Made by a program: the position numbers and the translations under genes. The notes under the pieces are model-generated. The model made no database searches. It saw only the letters and a list, made by a program, of their open reading frames with translations, and was not told the DNA's origin. A stretch of 64,000 nt of DNA from an uncultured bacterium (GTDB lineage Bacteria > Patescibacteriota > Minisyncoccia > UBA6257 > 2-01-FULL-56-20): the NCBI GenBank assembly GCA_963705915.1, contig OY970126.1, positions 10,035 through 74,034 of the forward strand, given 5' to 3'. Below, piece after piece: positions 55,367-64,000 of the stretch; the stretch's first letter is position 1, and each line of letters opens with the position of its first letter.

Positions 55367-55394
55367 ACTCCGGCGAGTGGAGGATGTTAGAACC
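55367..55394 (+). repeat. att-like repeat R9
   Basis: ACTCCGGCGAGTGGAGGATGTTAGAACC. Confidence 0.88.
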
Positions 55395-55482
55395 TATTAT
55401 GTGAAAATAGAAAAATGTCCAGAAATAGTGAGGGCCACGCGATCTTTGGCGTGGCCCCTGTGGTTAATTGGCTATGAAACAA

Positions 55483-56322
55483 CTACTCGGAGGAGGGGCG
55501 CATCACCCAGATTTCTTGTGTCTGGATTTCTTCCGCAACCTCTGAACTAAAAACTGTGCAGTGGATACCCGGCGTGAAATCGATCTGCCGATGCCTTTCG
55601 ACACGAAAGCCAACGTTCTCAAAAAAATGCTGTGCATCTTGGAAATCTTCGAAAAGGTTGTCGTTCATGTTGCGTCCAGTCGTCGTCGCGATTTGCTTCT
55701 GCGCTGGACTACTCGCCATCCTTTTCTCATGATGCTCTTTGATAAGAATGTCTGGAGTGATCCAAACCCCCGAAAAAAGGTTGAGTACCCCAGCAATGCT
55801 TCCGGCCAACTCCCGTTTTTCGTCATTGTTGAGGTACGGCATAAGACCTTCGTGAATGATGGCAACGGGCGCTGTTTTGAAACGAGCAGTAGCCGATTGT
55901 AGTTCGCCCTGCTCCAAGGCGTTAGCGGAAGCGAAGTGGTAGTTCGGCCGCTTCTTTGTTCCGAGCAGTTCCGAAACGATCTCCTGTTTTTCTGCGAGCA
56001 TTCCCGGTAGGTCGGTTTCGACAAATGTGATCTCTGGATTTTCAGTCAAGATCAACCCACGAGGAGAAAGTCCCGAAGCAATTTCAAGCACTTGATTAAC
56101 CCCGACGTGAGGCAGGATGCCGCTCAATGATTTGAAGCGTAGTTCTGCGAGAGGTGCCCTTTTGAGCGCCGCTTCCATGTTGCCGTTGAAGTACGTTTTT
56201 GCGATCGCTTCGGCGTCGCACATGGTGGCGATTTCTCGAGAGTAGGGGATGTCCGACATTGCCCGCATGAAAGCCACGAGCTTTGCGGTTGGACTGATTT
56301 GATGAAAATCGTGTTCGTTCAT
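55483..56322 (-). CDS. Class I SAM-dependent methyltransferase (LCM-like)
   Basis: ISPTA, LEIASGLSPRG, ETDLP, HEGLMPY; start moved to ATG 56322. Confidence 0.85.
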   Translation of the reverse strand: MNEHDFHQISPTAKLVAFMRAMSDIPYSREIATMCDAEAIAKTYFNGNMEAALKRAPLAELRFKSLSGILPHVGVNQVLEIASGLSPRGLILTENPEITFVETDLPGMLAEKQEIVSELLGTKKRPNYHFASANALEQGELQSATARFKTAPVAIIHEGLMPYLNNDEKRELAGSIAGVLNLFSGVWITPDILIKEHHEKRMASSPAQKQIATTTGRNMNDNLFEDFQDAQHFFENVGFRVERHRQIDFTPGIHCTVFSSEVAEEIQTQEIWVMRPSSE

Positions 56323-56456
56323 TTGTTCTCCAGTTAGTGGGATGAGTTGGATGAATGATAACATCCAAAATTGACAAATCGGTTCTGCGGATGTTATAAC
56401 ATAGCCAGCAGTTAGCGTCAATTCAATCGTGGCAGGAAGCCACAAGGAGATGCGTT

Positions 56457-57038
56457 ATGAAGTTCAATATCGTTCTGATGTGCACCGGCCTTGGCCTCCT
56501 CGCCATGGCCTTGTATCGGATGGGCGCGATTAAGATCGACCGAAAGTTCATGGTGGATCTCTTGCCGCTCATCATCGTGACTGCCGTGCTTGCTGGATGC
56601 GCCTATCGAATCGGCGGATCAAAACTTGCTAACGATGGAGCGATCCTTTCAGCAAAGATGATCGCCGCCTATGCACCGCTTCTCACCGTGATGTTTCTTG
56701 CGATGGGTGAGGCGACAGCGATCATCAATCTTTACCGGCCAGCTCTGCTCGCGTACCTCGCAGGCAAGCAAGGTGTCTTCGGCGCACTGGCCGCAGCACA
56801 CCTCATTCCGGGAAGTTTGACGAGTATGCCGATCGTGCGTGAGCTGTGGGATGCGGGAGCCAATCCCGTGCCGTTGCTCACGTTCGTGACGACTTCAACA
56901 CTTGTCGGATGGCAGATCGCCATGGTTCGTCAGCCGATTCTCGGTTGGCGGCTCACATTCATCACGTATTGCCTTGGAGAACTTGCGGCGCTCTCTATCA
57001 CAGGCGTCGGTTGGGTTCTCATGACGGTTCGAGCTTGA
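56457..57038 (+). CDS. Permease-like membrane protein
   Basis: About 6 TM; PG...P....L...GA motif; TTGACA promoter and AAGGAG RBS. Confidence 0.7.
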   Translation: MKFNIVLMCTGLGLLAMALYRMGAIKIDRKFMVDLLPLIIVTAVLAGCAYRIGGSKLANDGAILSAKMIAAYAPLLTVMFLAMGEATAIINLYRPALLAYLAGKQGVFGALAAAHLIPGSLTSMPIVRELWDAGANPVPLLTFVTTSTLVGWQIAMVRQPILGWRLTFITYCLGELAALSITGVGWVLMTVRA

Positions 57039-57054
57039 AATCAAAGGAGGCCAT

Positions 57055-57408
57055 ATGCCACCACCACTCATTGCTCACACCCGCGAGGAATTTATCACGA
57101 ATCTGATCTGCATTTTCGTGATTTTGCCCTTCGCGATCTTCTGTATGTTTCATCCACCCTCGACATGGGGCCCGCACATGGACCTGACGGCACTTTCCGG
57201 ACCGCAGGTGCTCGTGAGCGTTGAAAATGGAACAGCAAAATTCAAGGGCACCGACGGAGATGTAATCGTCCTTGAAATCGATACGCGCGGGCTCGAAGTT
57301 GGTGCGACGTATGCGGTGGAAGACCACCCCTTTCGGGGTACGTGGGGATTGCTCCACAACTACTCCTTAAAAAAGTTGCAAAATCCCATGAGCTTCACTG
57401 GTCCTTAG
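57055..57408 (+). CDS. Hypothetical membrane-anchored protein
   Basis: AAGGAGG RBS, one TM. Confidence 0.6.
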   Translation: MPPPLIAHTREEFITNLICIFVILPFAIFCMFHPPSTWGPHMDLTALSGPQVLVSVENGTAKFKGTDGDVIVLEIDTRGLEVGATYAVEDHPFRGTWGLLHNYSLKKLQNPMSFTGP

Positions 57409-57478
57409 TCGAAAACTAGGACTTGCGTTGCTCGGCCGACCATGAATACGTGGCGGCCTTTTTTGCTAATTGGTTCGT

Positions 57479-58087
57479 TTAGATTTTTAGCCCCAGCTTT
57501 TTGAGGTCGGATTTAAGCTGTTCGTTGTTCTTGAAAAGAATCGGCGCGTAACCGATCTCCGCTGCTTTTTCCAAACTTTTGGCAGAATCGTCCACGAAGA
57601 CGACTTCTTTAGGGCGAACGTCCAGCTTCTTGAATGCAACCTCGAATGCCTCGCGGTGCGGTTTCTGATGGCCGATTTCGCCGGAGACCACAATCTCGTC
57701 CACGAGCTTTGCTATACCTTCGTTTTCCAATCGAGTCCGCAGTTCTGAGGTCGCATTGCTCAAAATGGCGACTTTCAATCCCTGGTTGCGCAGCACCGAA
57801 AACAGAGACAGGAGATCGGTGTTGATCCTGTTTCCCGCGCTATAGGTTTGTATAAATGTTCTGATGCGATCTTTTGTTGCCGCACTATCATCAAATACCC
57901 GCACGACTTCAATGATCATATCTTCCCATCTCACGTTGGTCACATTCGAAAGATGATTGTGTTCGTAATAAGCCTGTTGAAATTTATCGAACGGAACGTC
58001 GAGCATCCGGGCGATCTGCCTCAATATGTTCTCGCCGTCGTTTAACTGGATGACGCCGCCAAAATCAAAAATTACAGCTTTGATCAT
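57479..58087 (-). CDS. HAD family phosphatase
   Basis: IFDFGGV, LSNA, KP, FVDD. Confidence 0.92.
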   Translation of the reverse strand: MIKAVIFDFGGVIQLNDGENILRQIARMLDVPFDKFQQAYYEHNHLSNVTNVRWEDMIIEVVRVFDDSAATKDRIRTFIQTYSAGNRINTDLLSLFSVLRNQGLKVAILSNATSELRTRLENEGIAKLVDEIVVSGEIGHQKPHREAFEVAFKKLDVRPKEVVFVDDSAKSLEKAAEIGYAPILFKNNEQLKSDLKKLGLKI

Positions 58088-58851
58088 ATTGCAAAATCTA
58101 ATGTTACCGCCAAGTGGTCCGAGACCTCATCCGGCAGTACGGTGAAATCGTTGACCTTGATGCCCGGCGTTACGAGGACGTAGTCGGCATATCGGATCGG
58201 ACTTGTCTTATAGAGCGAGCTGCGGGTCGAGGTGATGTCGTGTTCTTTAATAAGGTTACGCATGCCATGTTCGAGAATTCTGATACTTTCGCCATCGGGA
58301 AGGAGGTTGAAATCGCCGCAGATAATTTTTTCGCCGGGGAAGGAGTCTAAAATCTTCCGAATGTGATGCGATTGCTCAATCCGTTCCGGCGTATCTTTCT
58401 TATGGGTATCCTTGATCCACATACCGTGGAAATTGCAGATGGCGAGCGGAGCATTGCCCGCTTGGATCGTCATAAACTGGGCTTTGGCGATCGCATTTTT
58501 CCGCCAATCGTGTCCGGCATCGGAAACGATGTTGAACATCTCGTCATACGAGAGGATGGGGATGCTCTCTTTAATAAAGATAGCGTTGCCGAAATTGATA
58601 TCCTTGCCGATGAAGCCGCTATAGTCGTAGCCCTTTGATTTTGGACTGTGGAAGGCGCGGTAGGACGTGAGAATTTCTGAGATGTCTTCATGCAAGCTCG
58701 CCCGCGCCCCATCGGCGATTTCCATATCAGCATTCGTGCTGAACACTTCTTGGAAGCAGAAGATGTCAATCTCACCATCGAGCCGCTCAATGAGCTTGAG
58801 GAGGGGACCATGCACTTTGCCGCCCCACGTGTTGAGCGTCAGGAGTTTTAT
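58084..58851 (-). CDS. Endonuclease/exonuclease/phosphatase family protein
   Basis: IKLLTLNTWGG, FQEV, GDFN, DY, SDH; conserved N-terminus begins at ATA 58851. Confidence 0.9.
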   Translation of the reverse strand: MKLLTLNTWGGKVHGPLLKLIERLDGEIDIFCFQEVFSTNADMEIADGARASLHEDISEILTSYRAFHSPKSKGYDYSGFIGKDINFGNAIFIKESIPILSYDEMFNIVSDAGHDWRKNAIAKAQFMTIQAGNAPLAICNFHGMWIKDTHKKDTPERIEQSHHIRKILDSFPGEKIICGDFNLLPDGESIRILEHGMRNLIKEHDITSTRSSLYKTSPIRYADYVLVTPGIKVNDFTVLPDEVSDHLAVTLDFAI

Positions 58852-58922
58852 ACGGCAATTATATCAGATTTCTTTGCTGAAATGGTTTGAAAAAGTTATT
58901 ATTGCCCTATATACCTATATAA

Positions 58923-59678
58923 ATGGAGAATTTTTTTGTAACGATAGCGCCTATTGTTGAAGAAGCAGGCAGGGAACTTGCGAGGGATTTTGGCAAGGTT
59001 GACGCGGTTTTGTATAAGACGGCCAATCAGGGTTCTGCCGTCACGGAACTTGATCGAAAGACGGAACGATTCCTTGCCGACCGGTTCCAGAAGCTTTATC
59101 CAGACATTGCGTTTTTCGGCGAGGAATTCGGTGGCAATAAAAACGCCGAGCGATTTTGGCTTGTCGATCCGATCGACGGCACGGGCAATTTCATTCGTGG
59201 CATTCCATTTGCAACGACGATGATTTCACTCGTGCAGAGCGGTCAGGTGACATTCTCGCTTATCTATAACTTCGTCACGAAAGAAATGTATTCGGCTGAA
59301 AAGGGTGGCGGAGCAAAGCTGAACGGCCAATCTATCCACGTAAGCAACCGTTCCGGAAGCCATGCGACTGTGGGCATGGAGACGCATCGGAATAAGAAGG
59401 AGAATCTCGATAAGTTTCTCCTCGTCAATTCAAAATACTCTATCATTACGACCCATAATTCCGGGTTTGAGCACTGCTTGGTCGCAAGTGGAAAAATTGA
59501 GGGGCGGATATGTCTCGATCCCCATGGGGAAGATTGGGATTACGCGCCGGGGAGTTTGCTTATTTCCGAAGCTGGAGGGATTGTGAGGAACATCGGCAGC
59601 GACTCCTATGATTTTCGGAACCACGATTTTATTGCTGCGAATCCGTTGGTGTACGAAGAATTGATCAAATTATTTTAG
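58923..59678 (+). CDS. Inositol monophosphatase family protein
   Basis: GEE, WLVDPIDGTGNF, WDYAPG. Confidence 0.92.
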   Translation: MENFFVTIAPIVEEAGRELARDFGKVDAVLYKTANQGSAVTELDRKTERFLADRFQKLYPDIAFFGEEFGGNKNAERFWLVDPIDGTGNFIRGIPFATTMISLVQSGQVTFSLIYNFVTKEMYSAEKGGGAKLNGQSIHVSNRSGSHATVGMETHRNKKENLDKFLLVNSKYSIITTHNSGFEHCLVASGKIEGRICLDPHGEDWDYAPGSLLISEAGGIVRNIGSDSYDFRNHDFIAANPLVYEELIKLF

Positions 59679-59681
59679 CCG

Positions 59682-61754
59682 ATGTCCTACGATCCAACGC
59701 AGCCACGACCGGCAACAAGGGAATCGGATTTCAAGGAAACGATTCACGGTACCGTGATCCGCGATCCCTATCGCTGGCTCGAAGGCGACGCTAAAGAGGT
59801 GAAACAGTGGACTGCAAGGCAGGACAGTTTCGCTCATGCGATGTTGTCGAAGCTACCCCAGCGCCGATGGTTCGAGAACCGTTTCGGCCAGTTATTTAAG
59901 ACCGGCTCAATCGGCGTCCCATATCCGAAGAATGGCTACTATTTCACCATGGATCGAAAACCCAATCAGGATTTGGGTGTGCTCTACGTCCAGAAGGGGT
60001 TGCATGGAAAGAAGCGGGTCCTTATTGATCAGAACAAGCTTTCCAAAAAAGGGACTACCACACTGCGGCAGTGGAGCGTGTCCGAAGATGCGACGCTCTT
60101 GGCATACACGCTTTCCGAAGCAAGTAACGATCAAAGTTCGGTGCATGTTCTCGATATCAGGACCGGCAAAAAATTAAAGGATTTCATCCCGTCCGAATTT
60201 TATCCTGCGATGCATAGCGGCATCTATTGGAATTCGGACGGAAGCGGATTCTGGTATTCGCGCCGACAGGGCAAGGCCGTGAAGGGCGAAGAGAAGTTTA
60301 ATCAAAAAGTGTTCTATCACAAACTCGGCGATGATTATCGAAAAGATAAAATTGTATTCGGCAAAGGCCTTGCCAAAGATCAGTTTCCATCTGCATCGGT
60401 ATCGGAAGACGGCAGATATCTCATTGTGTCGGTGGACATCATAACGGGCAAGATGCGCCACAATGATCTTTACCTAAAAGATTTGTGGGATCCAAAGGGC
60501 GCGTTCAAGACAGTCCTCAAGGGCATCGAAGCCGAGTTTGAACCAAGGATGCATCGCGATATGCTTTTCGTCACGACGAATTATAAAGCCCCAAATTGGA
60601 GGGTCATGGGCGTGCCGCTTGCTAGGGCAACCAAAGGAATAAAACATTGGAAAACGATCGTTCCGGAAAAACGTTTCCCGCACGACTACGTAAGCATTAT
60701 CAAAGACCGGATTTTTCTCCGCTACCTTGAGAACGCACACTCAATCATCCGCATCTTCGATCTGAAGGGTAAATTCATCGATACCATTTCGTTGCCATTG
60801 GGATCGACCGATTATGTTGTAGGGGATGACGAAGGTGATGAAGCATTTTTCGCTTTCACCTCATTTACGGTGCCAAAGCGCATCTATCGCTACGATCTTA
60901 CGAAAAAGAAATTGCAACTTATCAACGAGCTGAAGGTGAAAGGCGTTAATTTCAATAATTTTACAGCAGAACAAGTATGGTACAAGTCGAAAGACGGAAC
61001 CAAAGTGCCGATGTTCCTGGTCCACAAAAAAGGATTGAAGCGCACCGGAAAAAATCCGACACTGCTCTATGGTTATGGTGGGTTTAACAGCAGCATGACG
61101 CCGGGATATGGCGCAACGGTCATGGCGTTCTTGGAGAAAGGAGGTCTCTACGCGGAGCCGAATCTTCGAGGTGGCGGGGAGTTTGGCGAGAAGTGGCACG
61201 AAAGCGGTACAAAAGCCAAGAAGCAAAATGTGTTTGACGATTTCATCGCCGCTGCAGAATGGTTGATACAAAACAATTATACCGACTCGCAGCACCTCGC
61301 CGCATTCGGCTGGAGCAATGGCGGACTTCTTACGGGCGCGATGATCACGCAACGGCCCGAATTATTCAAAGTAGTTGCGGTGGGTGCCCCGGTGATTGAT
61401 ATGCTGCGTTATCACAAATTCCATGGGGGTAAATTTTGGATTCCCGAATATGGAAATCCTGACGACCCGAAAGCATTCAGATATCTTTTGAAATATAGCC
61501 CATATCATCGAGTGAAAGATGGCGTGAAGTATCCCGCAATACTGATCGTCACGGCGGAAGGCGACGATCGTGTGCATCCGGCGCATGCCTATAAATTCGC
61601 TGCGCGATTGCAGAAGGCGAGCGCTTCAGAAAATCCGATCATCATTACGATTGAGCGAAAAGCTGGTCACAGCGGCGGTGCATCCATCTCCAACTACGTG
61701 AGACAACGGGCGGACATTTATGGCTTCATTGCGTGGCAGTTAGGAATGAGATAA
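59682..61754 (+). CDS. Prolyl oligopeptidase (S9A)
   Basis: DPYRWLE, YGYGGF, RGGGEFG, GWSNGG, DDRV, GH. Confidence 0.96.
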   Translation: MSYDPTQPRPATRESDFKETIHGTVIRDPYRWLEGDAKEVKQWTARQDSFAHAMLSKLPQRRWFENRFGQLFKTGSIGVPYPKNGYYFTMDRKPNQDLGVLYVQKGLHGKKRVLIDQNKLSKKGTTTLRQWSVSEDATLLAYTLSEASNDQSSVHVLDIRTGKKLKDFIPSEFYPAMHSGIYWNSDGSGFWYSRRQGKAVKGEEKFNQKVFYHKLGDDYRKDKIVFGKGLAKDQFPSASVSEDGRYLIVSVDIITGKMRHNDLYLKDLWDPKGAFKTVLKGIEAEFEPRMHRDMLFVTTNYKAPNWRVMGVPLARATKGIKHWKTIVPEKRFPHDYVSIIKDRIFLRYLENAHSIIRIFDLKGKFIDTISLPLGSTDYVVGDDEGDEAFFAFTSFTVPKRIYRYDLTKKKLQLINELKVKGVNFNNFTAEQVWYKSKDGTKVPMFLVHKKGLKRTGKNPTLLYGYGGFNSSMTPGYGATVMAFLEKGGLYAEPNLRGGGEFGEKWHESGTKAKKQNVFDDFIAAAEWLIQNNYTDSQHLAAFGWSNGGLLTGAMITQRPELFKVVAVGAPVIDMLRYHKFHGGKFWIPEYGNPDDPKAFRYLLKYSPYHRVKDGVKYPAILIVTAEGDDRVHPAHAYKFAARLQKASASENPIIITIERKAGHSGGASISNYVRQRADIYGFIAWQLGMR

Positions 61755-61758
61755 GACT

Positions 61759-62316
61759 ATGAAAAACGTAATCATCATTCATGGTTGTTCGTCCGGACCC
61801 GAAGAAAGCAAAGAATATCCCGAAAACAAGCATTGGATGCCGTGGGTTCGGGGACAATTAGTCGCTCGCGGCATATCTGCTACAACGCCGCTTATGCCGG
61901 AGTCGTGGGCACCAGATTATGAACGATGGAAAGCGGAGTTTGAAAAGCAAGATATCAATGGAGAAACGACACTCATCGGGCATAGCTGCGGATGTGCGTT
62001 TTTGGTTCGCTGGCTCGGTGACGCGAAGCGACAAATCGATAAGCTTATTTTAATTGCTCCATGGAAAATCGGCACAACTAGCGAGGCAAAGAAAAAATTC
62101 TACGATTATCCGATAGACGAGACGATCAAACAGCGTGTAAGCAAAATTGTCATGTTCACTGCTGATAACGAAGAGCAAAACGGAAAGAAAAGTATGGAGA
62201 TGTTTAAAAACGCTCTTGGTGGCACAGTCATCGAACTGAAGGGGTGCGGACACTATACCTACGAAGACATGAAGACAGAGGAGTTTCCGGAATTACTAGC
62301 AGAGCTATTGTCGTAA
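61759..62316 (+). CDS. RBBP9/YdeN-family alpha/beta hydrolase
   Basis: IIHG, WMPW, GHSCG, GH, EFPEL. Confidence 0.88.
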   Translation: MKNVIIIHGCSSGPEESKEYPENKHWMPWVRGQLVARGISATTPLMPESWAPDYERWKAEFEKQDINGETTLIGHSCGCAFLVRWLGDAKRQIDKLILIAPWKIGTTSEAKKKFYDYPIDETIKQRVSKIVMFTADNEEQNGKKSMEMFKNALGGTVIELKGCGHYTYEDMKTEEFPELLAELLS

Positions 62317-62329
62317 TATTTATACAATC

Positions 62330-62677
62330 ATGTCCTTGTTCACCGAAATCCTTCCGCAGCTTCCCGTCTGGCTCCTCGTCACCTTGAGCGCCTGCGGCGT
62401 TGTCTTCGGAGACTATAGTGCGAAAACGTGGTCAACGAACCCAAACCCGTTGTGGCTTGTTCTGGCATTTGCCGGATACCTCATGTCATCATTTTTCTAT
62501 ATCCCTTCATTATTAAAGGAAGGGCTCGTCGTAACGAGTATCTTATGGGATTTGCTTTCCCTCGTTGGCTTCCTCGTGATCGGCCTCATCATCTTCAAAG
62601 AAACGCTTACGCCATGGCAGACGGTAGGAGGCATATTCGGCGTAATAGCCCTCGTCATTCTTATGGCAGGTAAATAA
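62330..62677 (+). CDS. Small DMT/SMR-like membrane transporter
   Basis: 4 TM; GD...K.W, FKE.L...Q..G. Confidence 0.75.
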   Translation: MSLFTEILPQLPVWLLVTLSACGVVFGDYSAKTWSTNPNPLWLVLAFAGYLMSSFFYIPSLLKEGLVVTSILWDLLSLVGFLVIGLIIFKETLTPWQTVGGIFGVIALVILMAGK

Positions 62678-62749
62678 ACATATTCGAAACGTCCGTCGCT
62701 TATGCGGGAAAAATAAGAGGCCGCTGGGTTTGATTCCAGCGGCCAAGGA

Positions 62750-62929
62750 TTAATCGAGGCGGCGAAGAAATTCGAGAGTTTCCTCTTGGTATTCGTCAGC
62801 TTCTTGTCGAGCGATCTGGACGATGTCACCGGGCCCAAGACCACCGGGATCTCTGCTCAGTTCTTCAATGCGCCTGGTTCTCATTTCCGTGGCTCTCCGC
62901 ACGACTTGTTGTTCATCGCTTTCCCGCAT
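62750..62929 (-). CDS. Small acidic hypothetical protein
   Basis: AAGGTG before ATG 62929; terminator at 62719-62744. Confidence 0.55.
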   Translation of the reverse strand: MRESDEQQVVRRATEMRTRRIEELSRDPGGLGPGDIVQIARQEADEYQEETLEFLRRLD

Positions 62930-62980
62930 GGCTTCACCTTCCTTCAAGGGTTCCTAGCTGAAGCATACCAAAATCGCTCA

Positions 62981-64000
62981 AAGGTCGCCAAGAAAGAGAG
63001 CTTGAATATCATCGCGGAATTTGAGGAGCGGCAGACCGCCAAGATTCCGGGCCGCCCCGTGTTTAATGAGATGATGTCTCGCATAAGCGCGGGTGAAGCG
63101 CAAGGCATTATCTGTTGGAAGATAGATCGTTTAGCTCGCAATCCGGTGGACGCGGCGCAAATCCAATGGCTCTTACAGAGGGGGACGATAGCGCACATTC
63201 AGGCCTATGACCGAAGCTACTATCCTTCCGACAACGTGCTTCTGATGTCCGTCGAGTTCAGCATGGCGAACCAGTATATCCGCGACCTTAGTTCCAACAC
63301 CTCGCGCGGACTTGAACGAAAAGCGGGACGAGGCGAGTTCCCCTGCGTGGCTCCCGTCGGTTATCTCAATAATCCGCGCACGAAGCTTATTGTGGTAGAC
63401 AAAAAGAAAGCTCCCGTGATAAAGGCGGCCTTTGAGCTGTACGCCAAGGGCGATTCCCGCATCCAAGACGTAGCTAGATTCCTTTTTGATAACGGCGTGA
63501 AAAGTTTGTACGGCAACGAGATGCACGAAGACCGCGTGAAGTTCATCCTCACCAACCCGTTCTACTATGGCCATTTTATCTACAAGGGAGAACTGCTTGA
63601 AGGCAAGCATACGCCGATCATCGAGAAGCGGCTTTGGGACAAAGTGCAGAAAATCATCGTGAAGCGCGGCCATCCGCAGACGGCGACGAAAAACCCGCAA
63701 GCCTTGTGCGATCTGCTCACCTGCGGCGAGTGCCATATGGCGATCACGGCCGAGGAACGGATAAAGCGGCAGAAGAACGGCAACGTCCATCGCTATGTCT
63801 ATTATCGTTGTACCAAAAAGTCGGCGGTTCGCTGTTCGCAACCGTACATCCGAGAAGAAACCCTTGTTGCTGATTTATCTTCGCTCTTGTCCCAATACGC
63901 CATGCCGCCAGTCATCGCCCAATACTACGAGCAGAGGATGAACGAGGACGAACGGGAAGCCGGAAAAATCGCCTCCCAAGCGATCCAATCCCTGCGGGAG
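62981..64000 (+). pseudogene. Large serine recombinase, apparently 5'-truncated (no catalytic YxRxS); runs off the window end
   Basis: ERQTAKIPGRPVFNEM, WKIDRLARN, APVGY, LTNPFYYG, GKHTPII, zinc ribbon CGEC...YYRC...C; frame open to 64000. Confidence 0.85.

Larger units (their letters stand above)
48457..55394 (+). mobile_element. Integron-like array of gene cassettes separated by direct 28-bp att-like repeats
   Basis: About 10 same-orientation copies of GCTCCGGCGGGTGGAGGATGTTAGAACC between unrelated small genes. Confidence 0.7.

Noticed and set aside
48457-55394. CRISPR array interpretation of the 28-bp repeats
   Set aside because: Intervals are hundreds to over a thousand bp and contain whole genes; no cas genes are present.
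48457-55394. Canonical integron (attC/IntI)
   Set aside because: No RYYYAAC...GTTRRRY palindromes and no tyrosine integrase; cargo genes lie in both orientations with their own promoters.
55347-55550. 67-aa ORF containing LRRVEDVRT
   Set aside because: Its ATG lies within a terminator hairpin with no RBS; better read as an orphan tail attached to repeat R9.
63173-63841. 222-aa minus-strand ORF
   Set aside because: Antisense shadow of the serine recombinase frame.
1-64000. Genetic code 25 (TGA=Gly), as in Gracilibacteria/Absconditabacteria
   Set aside because: Long genes translate fully without TGA readthrough, and TGA ends genes at expected positions (e.g. rmuC, DHFR-like, double GT4).

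Overview
The window looks like a Patescibacteria (CPR, Parcubacteria-like) chromosome segment in genetic code 11. This assignment is inferred from gene order, a cluster-less MutY and mostly leaderless genes. It has four zones. (1) 1-11.5 kb: housekeeping genes rpsU-yqeY-ybeY-ftsA-ftsZ, rmuC, an RRM protein, mutY, a GH18 and a 3D-domain protein. This zone also holds a candidate structured ncRNA and two hairpins that share an identical 20-mer loop. (2) 11.6-40 kb: a very large surface-glycan locus with kmo-rmlB-rmlA, GH5-like enzymes, a flippase, a pyruvyltransferase, DUF2206/DUF1616-like proteins, many GT2/GT4 enzymes, deacetylases and a GH26. (3) 40-48 kb: c-di-GMP/HD signalling genes and miscellaneous genes. 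(4) 48.4-64 kb: an accessory zone containing the most striking signal. About ten same-orientation 28-bp repeats (GCTCCGGCGGGTGGAGGATGTTAGAACC) separate mostly single, self-promoted cargo genes, like an integron cassette array. Each repeat is a hybrid of a tRNA 3' end and a segment that conserves the peptide LRRVEDVRT through synonymous changes. A large serine recombinase lacking its catalytic N-terminus lies on the same strand at the window end. All product calls come from motif recognition by eye; no database searches were run.
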